Below are positions 39,487 through 48,921 of a DNA stretch of 64,000 bases, piece after piece (the stretch's first letter is position 1; every line of letters starts with the position of its first letter). Made by a program: the position numbers and the translations under genes. The DNA is from Candidatus Omnitrophota bacterium (GTDB lineage Bacteria; Omnitrophota; Gorgyraeia; Tantalellales; Tantalellaceae), in assembly GCA_034723315.1 (NCBI GenBank), contig JAYEOV010000035.1, positions 8,329 through 72,328 on the forward strand, read 5' to 3'. The notes beneath the pieces were generated by a model that saw only the letters and a program-made list of their open reading frames with translations, searched no databases and was not told the DNA's origin.

Positions 39487-40386
39487 CTAAAACCCTCTAT
39501 GCAATCCCGCCTTTACCGCGTGATCAAGCACTTCCTTGAACTCACCCATCGTGATCCTGCGTGAGAGATCTTCATGTCTGTCGGCCTTGAAACACGGATG
39601 GTACTGTTCCATGATGTTCACGTAAGAATCCCTTGAGAGTTTTTCAGCGATGAAATCCAGGATCTCGAACGATCCGGCGATACCGTTCGGCAGGACAAGG
39701 TGGCGGATGAGCAGGCCTCTCTCGGCTATGTCTTTTTCGTTTATCACGAGACCCCCAACCTGTTTATGCATCTCAACGAGCGCTTTGCGGCATATTTGCC
39801 AGTAATCACCGGCGCCGGAATATTTCCCGGAATGATGTTCATCGGAATATTTCGCGTCAGGCATGTATATATCAAATATTCCGGCTATCTTCATCAGCGT
39901 CTCCGGCTTGTCGTAACCGCCGGAATTATACACCAGAGGCAATTTTAAGCCCTTTTCGATCGCGGGGATAAGGGCTTCCACTATCTGGGCTATAACGTGA
40001 GTGGGTGTGACAAAATTTATATTGTGCGCGCCTCTTTGCTGAAGGGATAACATGATATCCGCCAGATCCTGCGGTTTGACCTCATGTCCTTCCCCGAGAT
40101 GTGAAATGGAGAAGTTCTGGCAGAAAATGCAGCCGAGATTGCACCATGTGAAGAATATGGTCCCCGAACCGCCCGTTCCTACGAGCGGGGGTTCTTCCCC
40201 GAAATGCAGGTTATAGCTTGAGACAAGAACGTTCCTGCCGGTTTTGCAGAAACCGGTTTCTCCCTTCAGCCTGTCCACTTTACAATTTCTCGGGCACAGC
40301 TCGCAGTTTTCCAGTTCCGAGATCAGACGGTCCTTAATCTTCGCAAGTTTACCGTTCTTGTGCAGTTTCAAATACGAAGGTATCAT
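39487..40386 (-). CDS. Radical SAM protein, PflX family
   Basis: CELCPRNC, CNLGCIFCQN, NFVTPTH, RHLVLP. Confidence 0.92.
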   Translation of the reverse strand: MIPSYLKLHKNGKLAKIKDRLISELENCELCPRNCKVDRLKGETGFCKTGRNVLVSSYNLHFGEEPPLVGTGGSGTIFFTWCNLGCIFCQNFSISHLGEGHEVKPQDLADIMLSLQQRGAHNINFVTPTHVIAQIVEALIPAIEKGLKLPLVYNSGGYDKPETLMKIAGIFDIYMPDAKYSDEHHSGKYSGAGDYWQICRKALVEMHKQVGGLVINEKDIAERGLLIRHLVLPNGIAGSFEILDFIAEKLSRDSYVNIMEQYHPCFKADRHEDLSRRITMGEFKEVLDHAVKAGLHRGF

Positions 40387-40407
40387 ACAAAATGGTATCT
40401 TTAGGGG

Positions 40408-40836
40408 TCAGACCCCTTTAAATTTCATAATGCTTATTCTTGAAGGGTCTTTGCACTTGTGGCGTTTTTTATGTTCGAGAGCTTCGGGCCCGGAGGCTAT
40501 TTCTTCGAATCCCGCTTTTCTGACGAATTCCGGCCTGTGTGTGACACCGTATATCTCTTTTCGCCCGTCCAGTCTTTTTGCCTCTTCGACAAGGAACTTA
40601 AGCAGTTTAATGCCTAAACCCTTCCGCCTGTGGTAATAATCAACGCCAAGGGAACCGATCTCAAAATAACCGCCGTGGTCGATTATCCTGCCGAAGGCGA
40701 CTGTCCTGCCGCAATTCTTCGCTACGAAGAACTTCTGCCAGGTCGCCCCGTCGGCGTCCAGGATATATTTCTGGAGCTTTTCCCGGATGTACGGCCAGTC
40801 TTTTTTTTCCGCGGGCTGTATCGTTATGTTATCCAT
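40408..40836 (-). CDS. GNAT acetyltransferase (ArgA-like)
   Basis: SLGV..RRKGLG motif A. Confidence 0.85.
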   Translation of the reverse strand: MDNITIQPAEKKDWPYIREKLQKYILDADGATWQKFFVAKNCGRTVAFGRIIDHGGYFEIGSLGVDYYHRRKGLGIKLLKFLVEEAKRLDGRKEIYGVTHRPEFVRKAGFEEIASGPEALEHKKRHKCKDPSRISIMKFKGV

Positions 40837-40988
40837 ATTTCATCTTTCATAAAAGCCTCTTTCAAAACCCGGTATTAGAAATCAGGCGGGGAGTTTTTCG
40901 GAGATATCATAAAGAACGGCGATCATGAATTTTTTCATGTATTTTTCTCTTTTCTTATCAAACAATATTGCTCCCTTTCAGGGATGTC

Positions 40989-41243
40989 TTATGACCTCTC
41001 GCGTGATAGCAAGCTTCTCAGGTGATCGACAAAGGCTGCCAGACGCGATTTTGAATGCCTTACGGGCTTGTAAGACGCGCGGAATGCCTTTATCGCGGCA
41101 TAAATACCTGTCACGATACCAGCTGCTATAAAAATAAAACCGAAAATAAAGCGATCCCCCACAAGAAAGAACAGCCCCAGCATGTACAGCATGGCCGCGA
41201 TAAACGGAAAGTAACTTGCATATTTGTTCTTTTTATGAGACAT
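40989..41243 (-). CDS. Small membrane protein
   Basis: Two hydrophobic helices. Confidence 0.55.
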   Translation of the reverse strand: MSHKKNKYASYFPFIAAMLYMLGLFFLVGDRFIFGFIFIAAGIVTGIYAAIKAFRASYKPVRHSKSRLAAFVDHLRSLLSRERS

Positions 41244-41420
41244 CTTTTTTAATATTAATAATAGTTATATACACCTTAAATAATATTATTATAGCGGCAT
41301 TTTCAAGTTTGACCACTGTGGGCCGTAGACAATTGACAATAGGCCGATCAGCGGGTCTTTTCTATTTCAAGTATTTCTACCGGTACGCCCCAGGAATGAA
41401 AAAGGAACTTTCTTTCTAGG

Positions 41421-41466
41421 CCCCGTTCGTTACGAGGCTGAGCGAAAAGGCCATTGACAAGGCCTG
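41421..41466 (+). repeat. MITE-A internal fragment
   Basis: CCCCGTTCGTTACGAGGCTGAGCGAAAAGGCCATTGACAAGGCCTGA is identical to the 26.5-kb copy. Confidence 0.85.
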
Positions 41467-41483
41467 ACACCAATAAAATATTA

Positions 41484-42059
41484 TCAGAGACGGGGCCTGT
41501 GGCGCATTCTGCGCGTGGTCCCGGTACCGACTTGTTGTTGGGTTCCGTAATGGCCTCCGCCGTGGTAAGGGCCGCCTGCATATTCGCCGGCGGAATATAT
41601 GCCGGCGCTTTTATATAGATCTTTTAACTTTTCCAGCTGGTTTTTTGTGTATATTTTTATGAGCTTGTCGTGGACCGAGACGAGATACTGGCTTTTCTTT
41701 TTTTCCAGTTCGTGTTTTTGGGCTACAAGCGGGGTTATCATCTCGGTGTTCACGGGGACCTCCCACATCAGGGTGTTTATCTCAACCGTGAGCGTCTGAA
41801 TGTCGGCGTCCTGACGGATGAGGCTTTTACTTACCTCTTTTGACAGGTCTTTTATCTGCTTGACTTGTTCGTCCGAGAGCTCAAGCGCCATGCTGCTGTT
41901 CATGGCAAGGTTCACCTCGCTAAAGAACCTGTGTTCAAGGTCCTGCCCGGTTGATACGCCCGGACCATATCTGCCGGATTTTTGCGCGAGTGTTACACAC
42001 GTTCCGATAAAAAACATCATTGCGGTTAATACTAAGACTATTAGAACTCTCTTATTCAT
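41484..42059 (-). CDS. Spy/CpxP-like (heavy-metal sensor-type) secreted protein
   Basis: Signal peptide, LELSDEQ and YTKNQ motifs. Confidence 0.75.
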   Translation of the reverse strand: MNKRVLIVLVLTAMMFFIGTCVTLAQKSGRYGPGVSTGQDLEHRFFSEVNLAMNSSMALELSDEQVKQIKDLSKEVSKSLIRQDADIQTLTVEINTLMWEVPVNTEMITPLVAQKHELEKKKSQYLVSVHDKLIKIYTKNQLEKLKDLYKSAGIYSAGEYAGGPYHGGGHYGTQQQVGTGTTRRMRHRPRL

Positions 42060-42267
42060 AATCTCCCCTTTCGTCCCAAAATCTTAACGCGGACCGACCC
42101 GGTCGGACATGCCCGGGCCGCGCGATATTATTATATGTCATACTCTGGCAGGAGAAAACTTCTAAAATAGAAACAGCGCCAATTTTTTTTCTGGATTTAA
42201 ACCGTTCGTCGCTTTTACCCCGTTAGAGAAGCCTGCTCTGGGCTTCTCTAACGGGGTTCACCTGATT

Positions 42268-42546
42268 TCAATAAATTACAATAAAGGATTCAAATTCTCC
42301 GTTATAAGTCTCCCAGTTGATTTCCACGTTGTCAACACGCGCCATGGGCGGACCATGATAACACCAGTTTGTCATTTTATCTATATCTTCCTTTTTTCCT
42401 TCAAAAACCGCCTCTACCCTGCCGTCCCAGGAGTTCCTTACCCACCCTGTAATGAATAACGTCATGGCTTTTTCTTTTGTATAGCTCCTGAAAAAGACAC
42501 CTTGAACCAGCCCTGATAAAAATACATGCGCTCTTGCTTTAGCCAT
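42268..42546 (-). CDS. acyP: Acylphosphatase
   Basis: SGLVQGVFFR, GWVRN..DGRVEAVFEG, GPPMARV. Confidence 0.95.
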   Translation of the reverse strand: MAKARAHVFLSGLVQGVFFRSYTKEKAMTLFITGWVRNSWDGRVEAVFEGKKEDIDKMTNWCYHGPPMARVDNVEINWETYNGEFESFIVIY

Positions 42547-42654
42547 TTCTTTTGTTTTCGATAAATTAAATCCAAAAAAACTATCAATTACAATTTTATT
42601 ATACAATAATCTTTTTTATAAAAAAGCCAATTTTAACCTTTATTATTATTGACT

Positions 42655-42839
42655 ATAACCCCGTTCGTTACGAGGCTGAGCGAAAAAAGCATTGACAAGG
42701 CCTGAGGGGTGGAGCCCCGCGGACTGAAGTCCACGGCTCCTTTTTCTGCGGGATCTCACCTGTAGGGCGAAATCCCGAAAACGCAGCCAATGGGTTTTGC
42801 AGCCAGCCGCAGTAAAACAGGGTTATGAAATGGGTTCTA
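42655..42839 (+). mobile_element. MITE-A copy with module C replacing its centre
   Basis: Right terminal repeat GTTATGAAATGGGTTCTA. Confidence 0.85.
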
Positions 42840-43069
42840 AAGAAGAACTGGAGAATATCTTTGACAAGCACAAAAAACTTTACACGGCTAAAGAAAAACT
42901 GGGGCCTGGACTTGCGATCATACAGGATATTGTGAACATGCACAAAGGAAAAATCTGGGCCGAAAGCAACCCCAAGAAAGGTAACAGGTTTATTGTAGAA
43001 CTCCCCAAAAACATAGCATCAAAAAGCTGCGCCCTTAAGTGGATTCACTCCTCGTCGTCCACTTTATAA
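42830..43069 (+). pseudogene. Histidine kinase HATPase C-terminal fragment
   Basis: LENIFD..GPGLAIIQDIVNMHKGKIWAES..GNRFIVELP. Its ATG lies inside the MITE terminal repeat. Confidence 0.8.
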
Positions 43070-43734
43070 CCGATGCCTCTCACGTTCTTGATAAGCTTGC
43101 TCGTCTTACCGAGTTTCTCCCGCAGATGTCGTATATGGACGTCAATGGTGCGTGTTATCACCACTTTCTCTTCACCCCACAGGTAATCCAGGATCCTGTC
43201 CCGCGTGAAAACCTGTCCTTTCCTTGAACAGAGCAATTCCAATATCTTAAATTCCGTAGGGGTAAGAGCTACTTTCTTTCCTTCGGCTGTTACCTGATAT
43301 TTCTGTTGATCTATTACCAGCAAATCACTTATATTGATCACTTTAGGCTTTTCTTCCGGTTCCAGCCTTCTCAGGACCGCCTTTATCCTTGCCCCCATCT
43401 CTTTCAATGAAAAAGGTTTAACTATATAGTCGTCGGCTCCGATCTCAAGGCCCAGGACCTTGTTGGTCTCCTCGTCCCTGCCTGAAAGGATTATGATGGG
43501 TATAGTGGAAAGTTCCTCCTTAACCTTCAATAACCTGCATATCTCAAAACCGTCCATTTCGGGCAGCATCAGGTCAAGGATAATAAGATCGGGTTTTTTT
43601 GTTTCCAGGAAATTGAACAGGCTATGTCCTTCCAGAAATCCTTTGACCTTGAACCCCTCGTCGGTAAGATATTCCGTCACCATATTTACTATAGCGTGTT
43701 CGTCATCCACTATAACTATCAGTTTTTTGTCCAT
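43045..43734 (-). CDS. OmpR/PhoB family response regulator
   Basis: VDDE, DLMLP, GADDYIVKPF, winged-helix RTIDVHIRHLR. Confidence 0.95.
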   Translation of the reverse strand: MDKKLIVIVDDEHAIVNMVTEYLTDEGFKVKGFLEGHSLFNFLETKKPDLIILDLMLPEMDGFEICRLLKVKEELSTIPIIILSGRDEETNKVLGLEIGADDYIVKPFSLKEMGARIKAVLRRLEPEEKPKVINISDLLVIDQQKYQVTAEGKKVALTPTEFKILELLCSRKGQVFTRDRILDYLWGEEKVVITRTIDVHIRHLREKLGKTSKLIKNVRGIGYKVDDEE

Positions 43735-43770
43735 ATCACTTCTTTCGGTATGGCTATTATTTTATCTGTT

Positions 43771-43980
43771 TTAGGTCTTCTTTCTGATCAAAGATTCAAT
43801 TACCCTTACAAGCAAATACAAAGAAAGAGAACAAAAGATCCCTTTTGCAAGGAAATACCAGGCAACCGCATCGTTTGAAAACTCACCCTTAAAAACACCG
43901 TTGCCGAGCAGGAAGGAATAAACGCATATAAGAAAAACGGCCACCGCCGCAGCATCCACTAATGCCTTTTTCTTTTTCAT
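43771..43980 (-). CDS. Small membrane protein
   Basis: Two TM segments. Confidence 0.6.
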   Translation of the reverse strand: MKKKKALVDAAAVAVFLICVYSFLLGNGVFKGEFSNDAVAWYFLAKGIFCSLSLYLLVRVIESLIRKKT

Positions 43981-44227
43981 CTTCTCACCCCGGACTCAAA
44001 AAAATCAAGAAAATAAAGCCCTGAAAAGAGGGGCTTATGGACCACTTTTACGATGATATTAAGGGTAGAGATCTCCTTATTACATTTTCTATTGAGTATA
44101 AGGAAATCTTGTGCCAAGTCAAGGTAAAGCAGGGATTACTGGTGTCAAAGATTATGTGTACTTTCATATTAACAGATCCCAGCCGGAGTTTATCCCCGTA
44201 AAAGCAGGGGAGGGAATAACAGAGTAT

Positions 44228-44767
44228 TCATTCCTGCCTCGCCTGATCCTCTTTGTCGATCTTGTCCAGCTCTTTCTTTATCGCCTGCATCGCCTGAATG
44301 GTCTTGCCAAGCTTATCGCTTATATCCCTGGTCAATTCAGCCTTTTCCTGCTCTGTTGCCGGCACACCGCCTGCCGCGCCCCCGGTTATTTTCCGCACTT
44401 TCCGCCATATCCTGACCATTTTCGCCGTTATCTTTGCATAATTCTCGCTCCAGCCCTTCTCGCCGGCAGCCGGTGCCTTTACACCGCCTTTCGGCGCAGC
44501 CTTCTCAGCTGGCTGAATGTCCTTGACCTCCTCTTTTATCACCTGGAGTATCTTTATGGTCGTATCTATCTTCTTGTCAAGGTCTTTTGACCATACTGTT
44601 TCTTCACCCGCGGTATTCTCCTGTTTCTCGTCCCCACCGACTGCGGCGTAAAGCGGCCCAACGCTTATAAACAACACGAAGATGCTCAGCATCGTCATTA
44701 TCGTCGTGCGCCTGCCTCGAGCGAAGTCAAGGGGTATTGCGTATATTGTATTGCGTTTTTTATTCAT
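44228..44767 (-). CDS. Secreted helical hypothetical protein
   Basis: GAGG RBS before MNKKRNT, signal peptide, two similar amphipathic helices. Confidence 0.7.
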   Translation of the reverse strand: MNKKRNTIYAIPLDFARGRRTTIMTMLSIFVLFISVGPLYAAVGGDEKQENTAGEETVWSKDLDKKIDTTIKILQVIKEEVKDIQPAEKAAPKGGVKAPAAGEKGWSENYAKITAKMVRIWRKVRKITGGAAGGVPATEQEKAELTRDISDKLGKTIQAMQAIKKELDKIDKEDQARQE

Positions 44768-44788
44768 CGTAAACCTCATTGTTTTGTT

Positions 44789-44905
44789 AAAAATATATTC
44801 TGGGGACATGCCTGGGCGAGCAAAATTAGCGTCTACAACAGGCGTGTCCCCGGAACTTCATCAATGCCATAGTGTCGTCTGCAACAAGCGTGTCCCCAGA
44901 ACTTC
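44789..44905 (-). repeat. Repeat family D, copy 2
   Basis: Reverse complement aligns with 33983-34099. Confidence 0.8.
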
Positions 44906-44948
44906 CTGAGCATAGCCGAAGGGTCAGTCGCGTAAGCCATGCGCTCAT

Positions 44949-45455
44949 TTAACTTGTTATTCTGTAAATCACTATCGAAAGCATGGCAAAGGCTATCACC
45001 AGTTTAGCCGCTATTGACCCTAACCTTCCCAGGACCCCTCCCGTACCTGCCTTCATTGACTTGATCAGATCCCTCTGAAGAATCAATTCTACCAGAAAAG
45101 CGCCTAGAAAAATACCCAAAAATGTTCCTGCGATCAGCCCAACTCCAAAAAATGCCGTTCCCGCAACCGCTCCGAGAACACCGCCAATAATGGCCCCAAA
45201 AACAGCCGCGTTGGATGCCCCCAGATTCTTGGCGCCCAGAACAATAAAAACGTATTCCAGGACCTCGCCAAAAAGGTATAAAGCGCACAGGATCACAAGT
45301 ACTTTCAGTGTGATAACTGAAAATCCTGTCATCAGCGCGTAAAGAATTGTGCCGACCAAGATCAACAGGGTCCCGAACGTAGTGAAGAAGATGGCGATAA
45401 TACCGGCCAATGTGAATATCAACAATACTGATAAGGCCAGAATATTCATGATCAT
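44949..45455 (-). CDS. DUF456 membrane protein
   Basis: GAKNLGAS..GAIIGG..GIFLGAFLVE..AGTGGVLG. Confidence 0.88.
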   Translation of the reverse strand: MIMNILALSVLLIFTLAGIIAIFFTTFGTLLILVGTILYALMTGFSVITLKVLVILCALYLFGEVLEYVFIVLGAKNLGASNAAVFGAIIGGVLGAVAGTAFFGVGLIAGTFLGIFLGAFLVELILQRDLIKSMKAGTGGVLGRLGSIAAKLVIAFAMLSIVIYRITS

Positions 45456-45482
45456 GATCCGGTACCCTTATATCCCCATTAT

Positions 45483-45839
45483 TTAAACGAATATCAGCAT
45501 CAGGCCGATCGCAAGAAAAAGTATGGCCCAGATCCTGAAAAAAATCAGAGGCCTGTCCGCCAACCATGTGGCTATCTTTAACGATGCCTTCGAAGTCAGC
45601 AGCATTATCGCTTTTATCGTTATTATCATCCCGATTATCCCAACCACCTTCGCAGACAATCCCGGGGCTTTGATCACGCTGCCGATCATGAGAAAACCGA
45701 ATACAATCACAAAGACGTAAACGACTCGCTTTGTCCTTCGGCCCATTTTTCTCTTAAGCCGGTCTTTCAAGGTCTGCGGCCTTACCAGCCAGAATGCACC
45801 AAGAACGATCCATATCGCGCCAAGTATCTTAGAAAGCAC
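45483..45839 (-). CDS. Hypothetical membrane protein
   Basis: Four hydrophobic helices. Confidence 0.7.
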   Translation of the reverse strand: MLSKILGAIWIVLGAFWLVRPQTLKDRLKRKMGRRTKRVVYVFVIVFGFLMIGSVIKAPGLSAKVVGIIGMIITIKAIMLLTSKASLKIATWLADRPLIFFRIWAILFLAIGLMLIFV

Positions 45840-45849
45840 TTATTACTCC

Positions 45850-47061
45850 TTAACGGTTATTTCCCTCGGGGACTTTTCTTGTAATTAATATTCCCGCAAT
45901 GATGAAAACGGTCTGTATGAGCATAGCGACCCTGTATTTAGATGCTCCCATAAAACCGAAGACAAGGATCGATAGCCCCCAGATAAGCGGCCCCAAAATA
46001 GCGGAAGACTTTCCGACCAGCCCGAGAAGGCCGAATATCTCGCCCAGCTTTTCCTCCGGACAGAGCTTTACCGCCAAAGCGCGGCTGGTTGTCCAGACCG
46101 AACCAAGGGCCACTCCGATCAACGGTCCGACGATCCAGAACATTATTCTGGAAAAAGCGCAAGCTGCCAGGACAAGACACACGAACCATAAAAACAAGGA
46201 GATCATAAGGGACCTTTTCGCTCCTAGCCTGTCCGCCATGAAGCCGAAAAAGAGCGATCCGAATATGGCCATTACAGTTGAAAAAAGAAACAGGGCTATC
46301 AGCTCACTGTCGCTGAACAGCGCAACTTTCTTCATATATACCGACATGAACACGATAAGAGTATTCACGGCGTTGAGGAATAAAAAGGCCCCCAGAAGGA
46401 ACAGTAACAGCCCCGGGTATCGGTCCCGGTTTGAAAACGTCTCTTTTATGCGGGATACTACATTCCCCATACGGAATTTATCCGCAGGCCTCTTAACAGC
46501 ACTTTCTTCTCTAACCAGGAAAAAGCATGGCAGCGAAAATATGAAAAAAAGCACCGCCGTCGGGACAAAAGCTGCCTGGTGGCCGTACCTTATGACAAAA
46601 GGCCTGGTAATGAGCATACCGACAATAGCGCCTACATAACCGAACCCTGTTCCCAGGCCGGATACCCTGCCGATCTCATTATGGCCACATATCCTCGGGA
46701 GCATCGCATTATAGAAGATGGTCGCTACCTGGTAGAAAAGATTGGCCATGAAAAATATGAGAAGACCCGAGAAAACATCTTTTGCCAACCCGAGAAAAGC
46801 CGTAAAGGCGCATGCAAGAACCGTGAAAAACACAAGAAAAGGTATCTTTCTTTTGAAAATATCGGAAACCGCGCCCAAAAACGGTTCCAGGAGAGCCGCC
46901 ATCAAGAGCGAACCGGACAGCGTTATACTGTAGAATATGTCCTCCCTGCCCTTGTCCACTGTTACCCAAAGGACAAAATACAGGGATATCACGTTCATTG
47001 AAAAGATCGTGTTGGCAAAATCGTATAAAGCCCAGCCGAAAACAGGCAATCTTTTACGCAC
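45850..47061 (-). CDS. MFS transporter, UMF1/ATG22-like
   Basis: WALYDFAN, FYNAMLP, GRVSGLG..GYVG. Confidence 0.9.
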   Translation of the reverse strand: MRKRLPVFGWALYDFANTIFSMNVISLYFVLWVTVDKGREDIFYSITLSGSLLMAALLEPFLGAVSDIFKRKIPFLVFFTVLACAFTAFLGLAKDVFSGLLIFFMANLFYQVATIFYNAMLPRICGHNEIGRVSGLGTGFGYVGAIVGMLITRPFVIRYGHQAAFVPTAVLFFIFSLPCFFLVREESAVKRPADKFRMGNVVSRIKETFSNRDRYPGLLLFLLGAFLFLNAVNTLIVFMSVYMKKVALFSDSELIALFLFSTVMAIFGSLFFGFMADRLGAKRSLMISLFLWFVCLVLAACAFSRIMFWIVGPLIGVALGSVWTTSRALAVKLCPEEKLGEIFGLLGLVGKSSAILGPLIWGLSILVFGFMGASKYRVAMLIQTVFIIAGILITRKVPEGNNR

Positions 47062-47123
47062 TTTAAACCTCCTGCATAATCAATTATCCTATCTCTTGTT
47101 TATCTTGTCAAAGAACTTCTTAC

Positions 47124-47266
47124 AGATCCCCGCTTTCCCTGAGGGCCTCTGGCCTCAGGATTTCTTGGCCAACACTATAACTCCAATGCCAAGGCCCCTT
47201 TTGTGCGCGCCTCGGGTGCTCGCACGGTGTCCTCGGGCCTTCGCCCTCGGTCACGCGGGAATGACA
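47124..47266. repeat. REP-like element (GATCCCCGCTTTC..GCGGGAATGAC) with nested hairpins
   Basis: An uninterrupted version, GGATCCCCGCTTCCGCGGGGAT, lies at about 32158-32180. Confidence 0.65.
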
Positions 47267-47418
47267 CTGAGGAAAGTGCCGACAATATGTTACACTATCC
47301 TTTTACAGATTTCTCGACTCGCCCCTATTGGTATCAGGTGTCAGGGCTCTATAAAAAAAAGGGGACGAAACCCTATTTTTTAAATAGGATTCCGTCCTTT
47401 TTTTTCAAACCATCGATC

Positions 47419-47796
47419 TTATGCTTCGACCTTTTTGTCGATAAGGAATAACTCCTCGACGTTCTCCTCCGCCCAGCCGAGGCTATAACCGGGTCTTCCG
47501 GGCTCGCTTGACATATCCGGTCTTTCCGGGGCATCCTCTATGGCGGGTATTTCCGGGTTGCCCTCTGTCCAGGGGACCGAAGGAAGACATGCTATAGCTT
47601 CTTTCTGGAAGGCAAACGTCCTGTTATATTCGTCATACAAAACATCATTCTCGAACCAACCTATATGCTTTCCCCCAAGCGAATAGACATTATTATTCAC
47701 CAACCAGCCAAGGTTTTTTCCTTCCCTGCTGATAAAGCGGTCTTCATAAAGAAAAAGGCAAGGGTTTCCCTTTCTGTTGAAAAGCCACTCAGCCAT
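47419..47796 (-). CDS. 4-fold beta-flower-like protein
   Basis: Repeated x-G-K-x-[LI]-G-W units and a Pro-rich tail. Confidence 0.7.
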   Translation of the reverse strand: MAEWLFNRKGNPCLFLYEDRFISREGKNLGWLVNNNVYSLGGKHIGWFENDVLYDEYNRTFAFQKEAIACLPSVPWTEGNPEIPAIEDAPERPDMSSEPGRPGYSLGWAEENVEELFLIDKKVEA

Positions 47797-48029
47797 TTCA
47801 CCCTCCTCACTGGTTAGAACTCAATCCGTGACTTTATAAAAGTCGAAAAAATGATAATATATAAATCTTTTAACCATATTAATAATAGCATATATTAATT
47901 AATTTTTATATATAATTTAGCTAATTTTTGGTTAACTTTTGGTGTGAAGATCACAGGCGGGAAACAAGTGCCGAAAGCATTTTCGATTATATCGTATGTC
48001 GTATTGCGTTTTTTTCTTTTTATTTTTTT

Positions 48030-48581
48030 TTATATATTACGCCCCTCTTTTTTGGCCTTTATATATTCCGGAGGCACATTTTTTGCAAGGAATAGTTTTC
48101 CTTCCCTGTAGAACTTTATATCTTTAAGGGCCGCCTCTTTTGCCATTACCTCCAGAATAACCGGAGTCTGAGCATGCCGCATGCCGACCATGTATGCATC
48201 TTTCTCGTTCGAGCTGAGATGGACGAACTGCCTGCTCATGGGCTTCAGGCCTTCTGCAAGAATCTTTTCAAGATCTTCCGGAGATGTTCCGTGATAGAGA
48301 ACTTCCGGAGGTATTATACTTTCCGAGCCGGGCCGGACTTCGAGGGAATGGCCGTAAGTGGCCCTTATCTTTTTTGCCGAGACCTCAAAACGCCCTTTCG
48401 GTTCATTTTTTACGAGTTCAAAAAGGTCCTCTTCCTTAAACTTCCTGAATCTTTTCCTGAGGACCCGCAGGACATCGGCTAACGGGGCGTACCCACACCC
48501 GTCCAGCTCAAGATCCCAGCTGCCGGGATCATGACGAAGTATATATGACAGGAACTTGCTCAGTTTTATCTTAGAAACCAT
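48030..48581 (-). CDS. kptA: RNA 2'-phosphotransferase (Tpt1/KptA)
   Basis: LSKFLSYILRH, KGRF, IRATYGHS, LYHGT, RQFVHLS. Confidence 0.93.
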   Translation of the reverse strand: MVSKIKLSKFLSYILRHDPGSWDLELDGCGYAPLADVLRVLRKRFRKFKEEDLFELVKNEPKGRFEVSAKKIRATYGHSLEVRPGSESIIPPEVLYHGTSPEDLEKILAEGLKPMSRQFVHLSSNEKDAYMVGMRHAQTPVILEVMAKEAALKDIKFYREGKLFLAKNVPPEYIKAKKEGRNI

Positions 48582-48753
48582 TTCATAACCCGGTTCGTAA
48601 CGAGGCTGAACGAAAAAGTCATTGACAAGGCCTGAGGGGCAAAATGCCCGGAAACGTAGCCGGTGCGCTACGTTGAGGACATTTTACCCCGAAAACGCAG
48701 TCAATGACTTTTGCAGCCAGCCGCAGTAGAACGGTGTTATGAAATGGTTTCTA
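48572..48753 (+). mobile_element. Full-length MITE-A (182 bp)
   Basis: Perfect 18-bp terminal inverted repeats TAGAAACCATTTCATAAC / GTTATGAAATGGTTTCTA around a long imperfect palindrome, with no transposase. Confidence 0.9.
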
Positions 48754-48921
48754 TAGCTTGACACCTTGCCGTCTACCATCTGCTGGCCGCACGTCCTGCT
48801 ACATTGCTCGGCCAATTTTGTCAAATGTTGACAGGCTGACCAGGAATATAAATTTTCAAAAATTAGATATTAAAAATAAAGGACTTACAACAATAATCTA
48901 TTCGAAAAAGGCTATTCTCGG

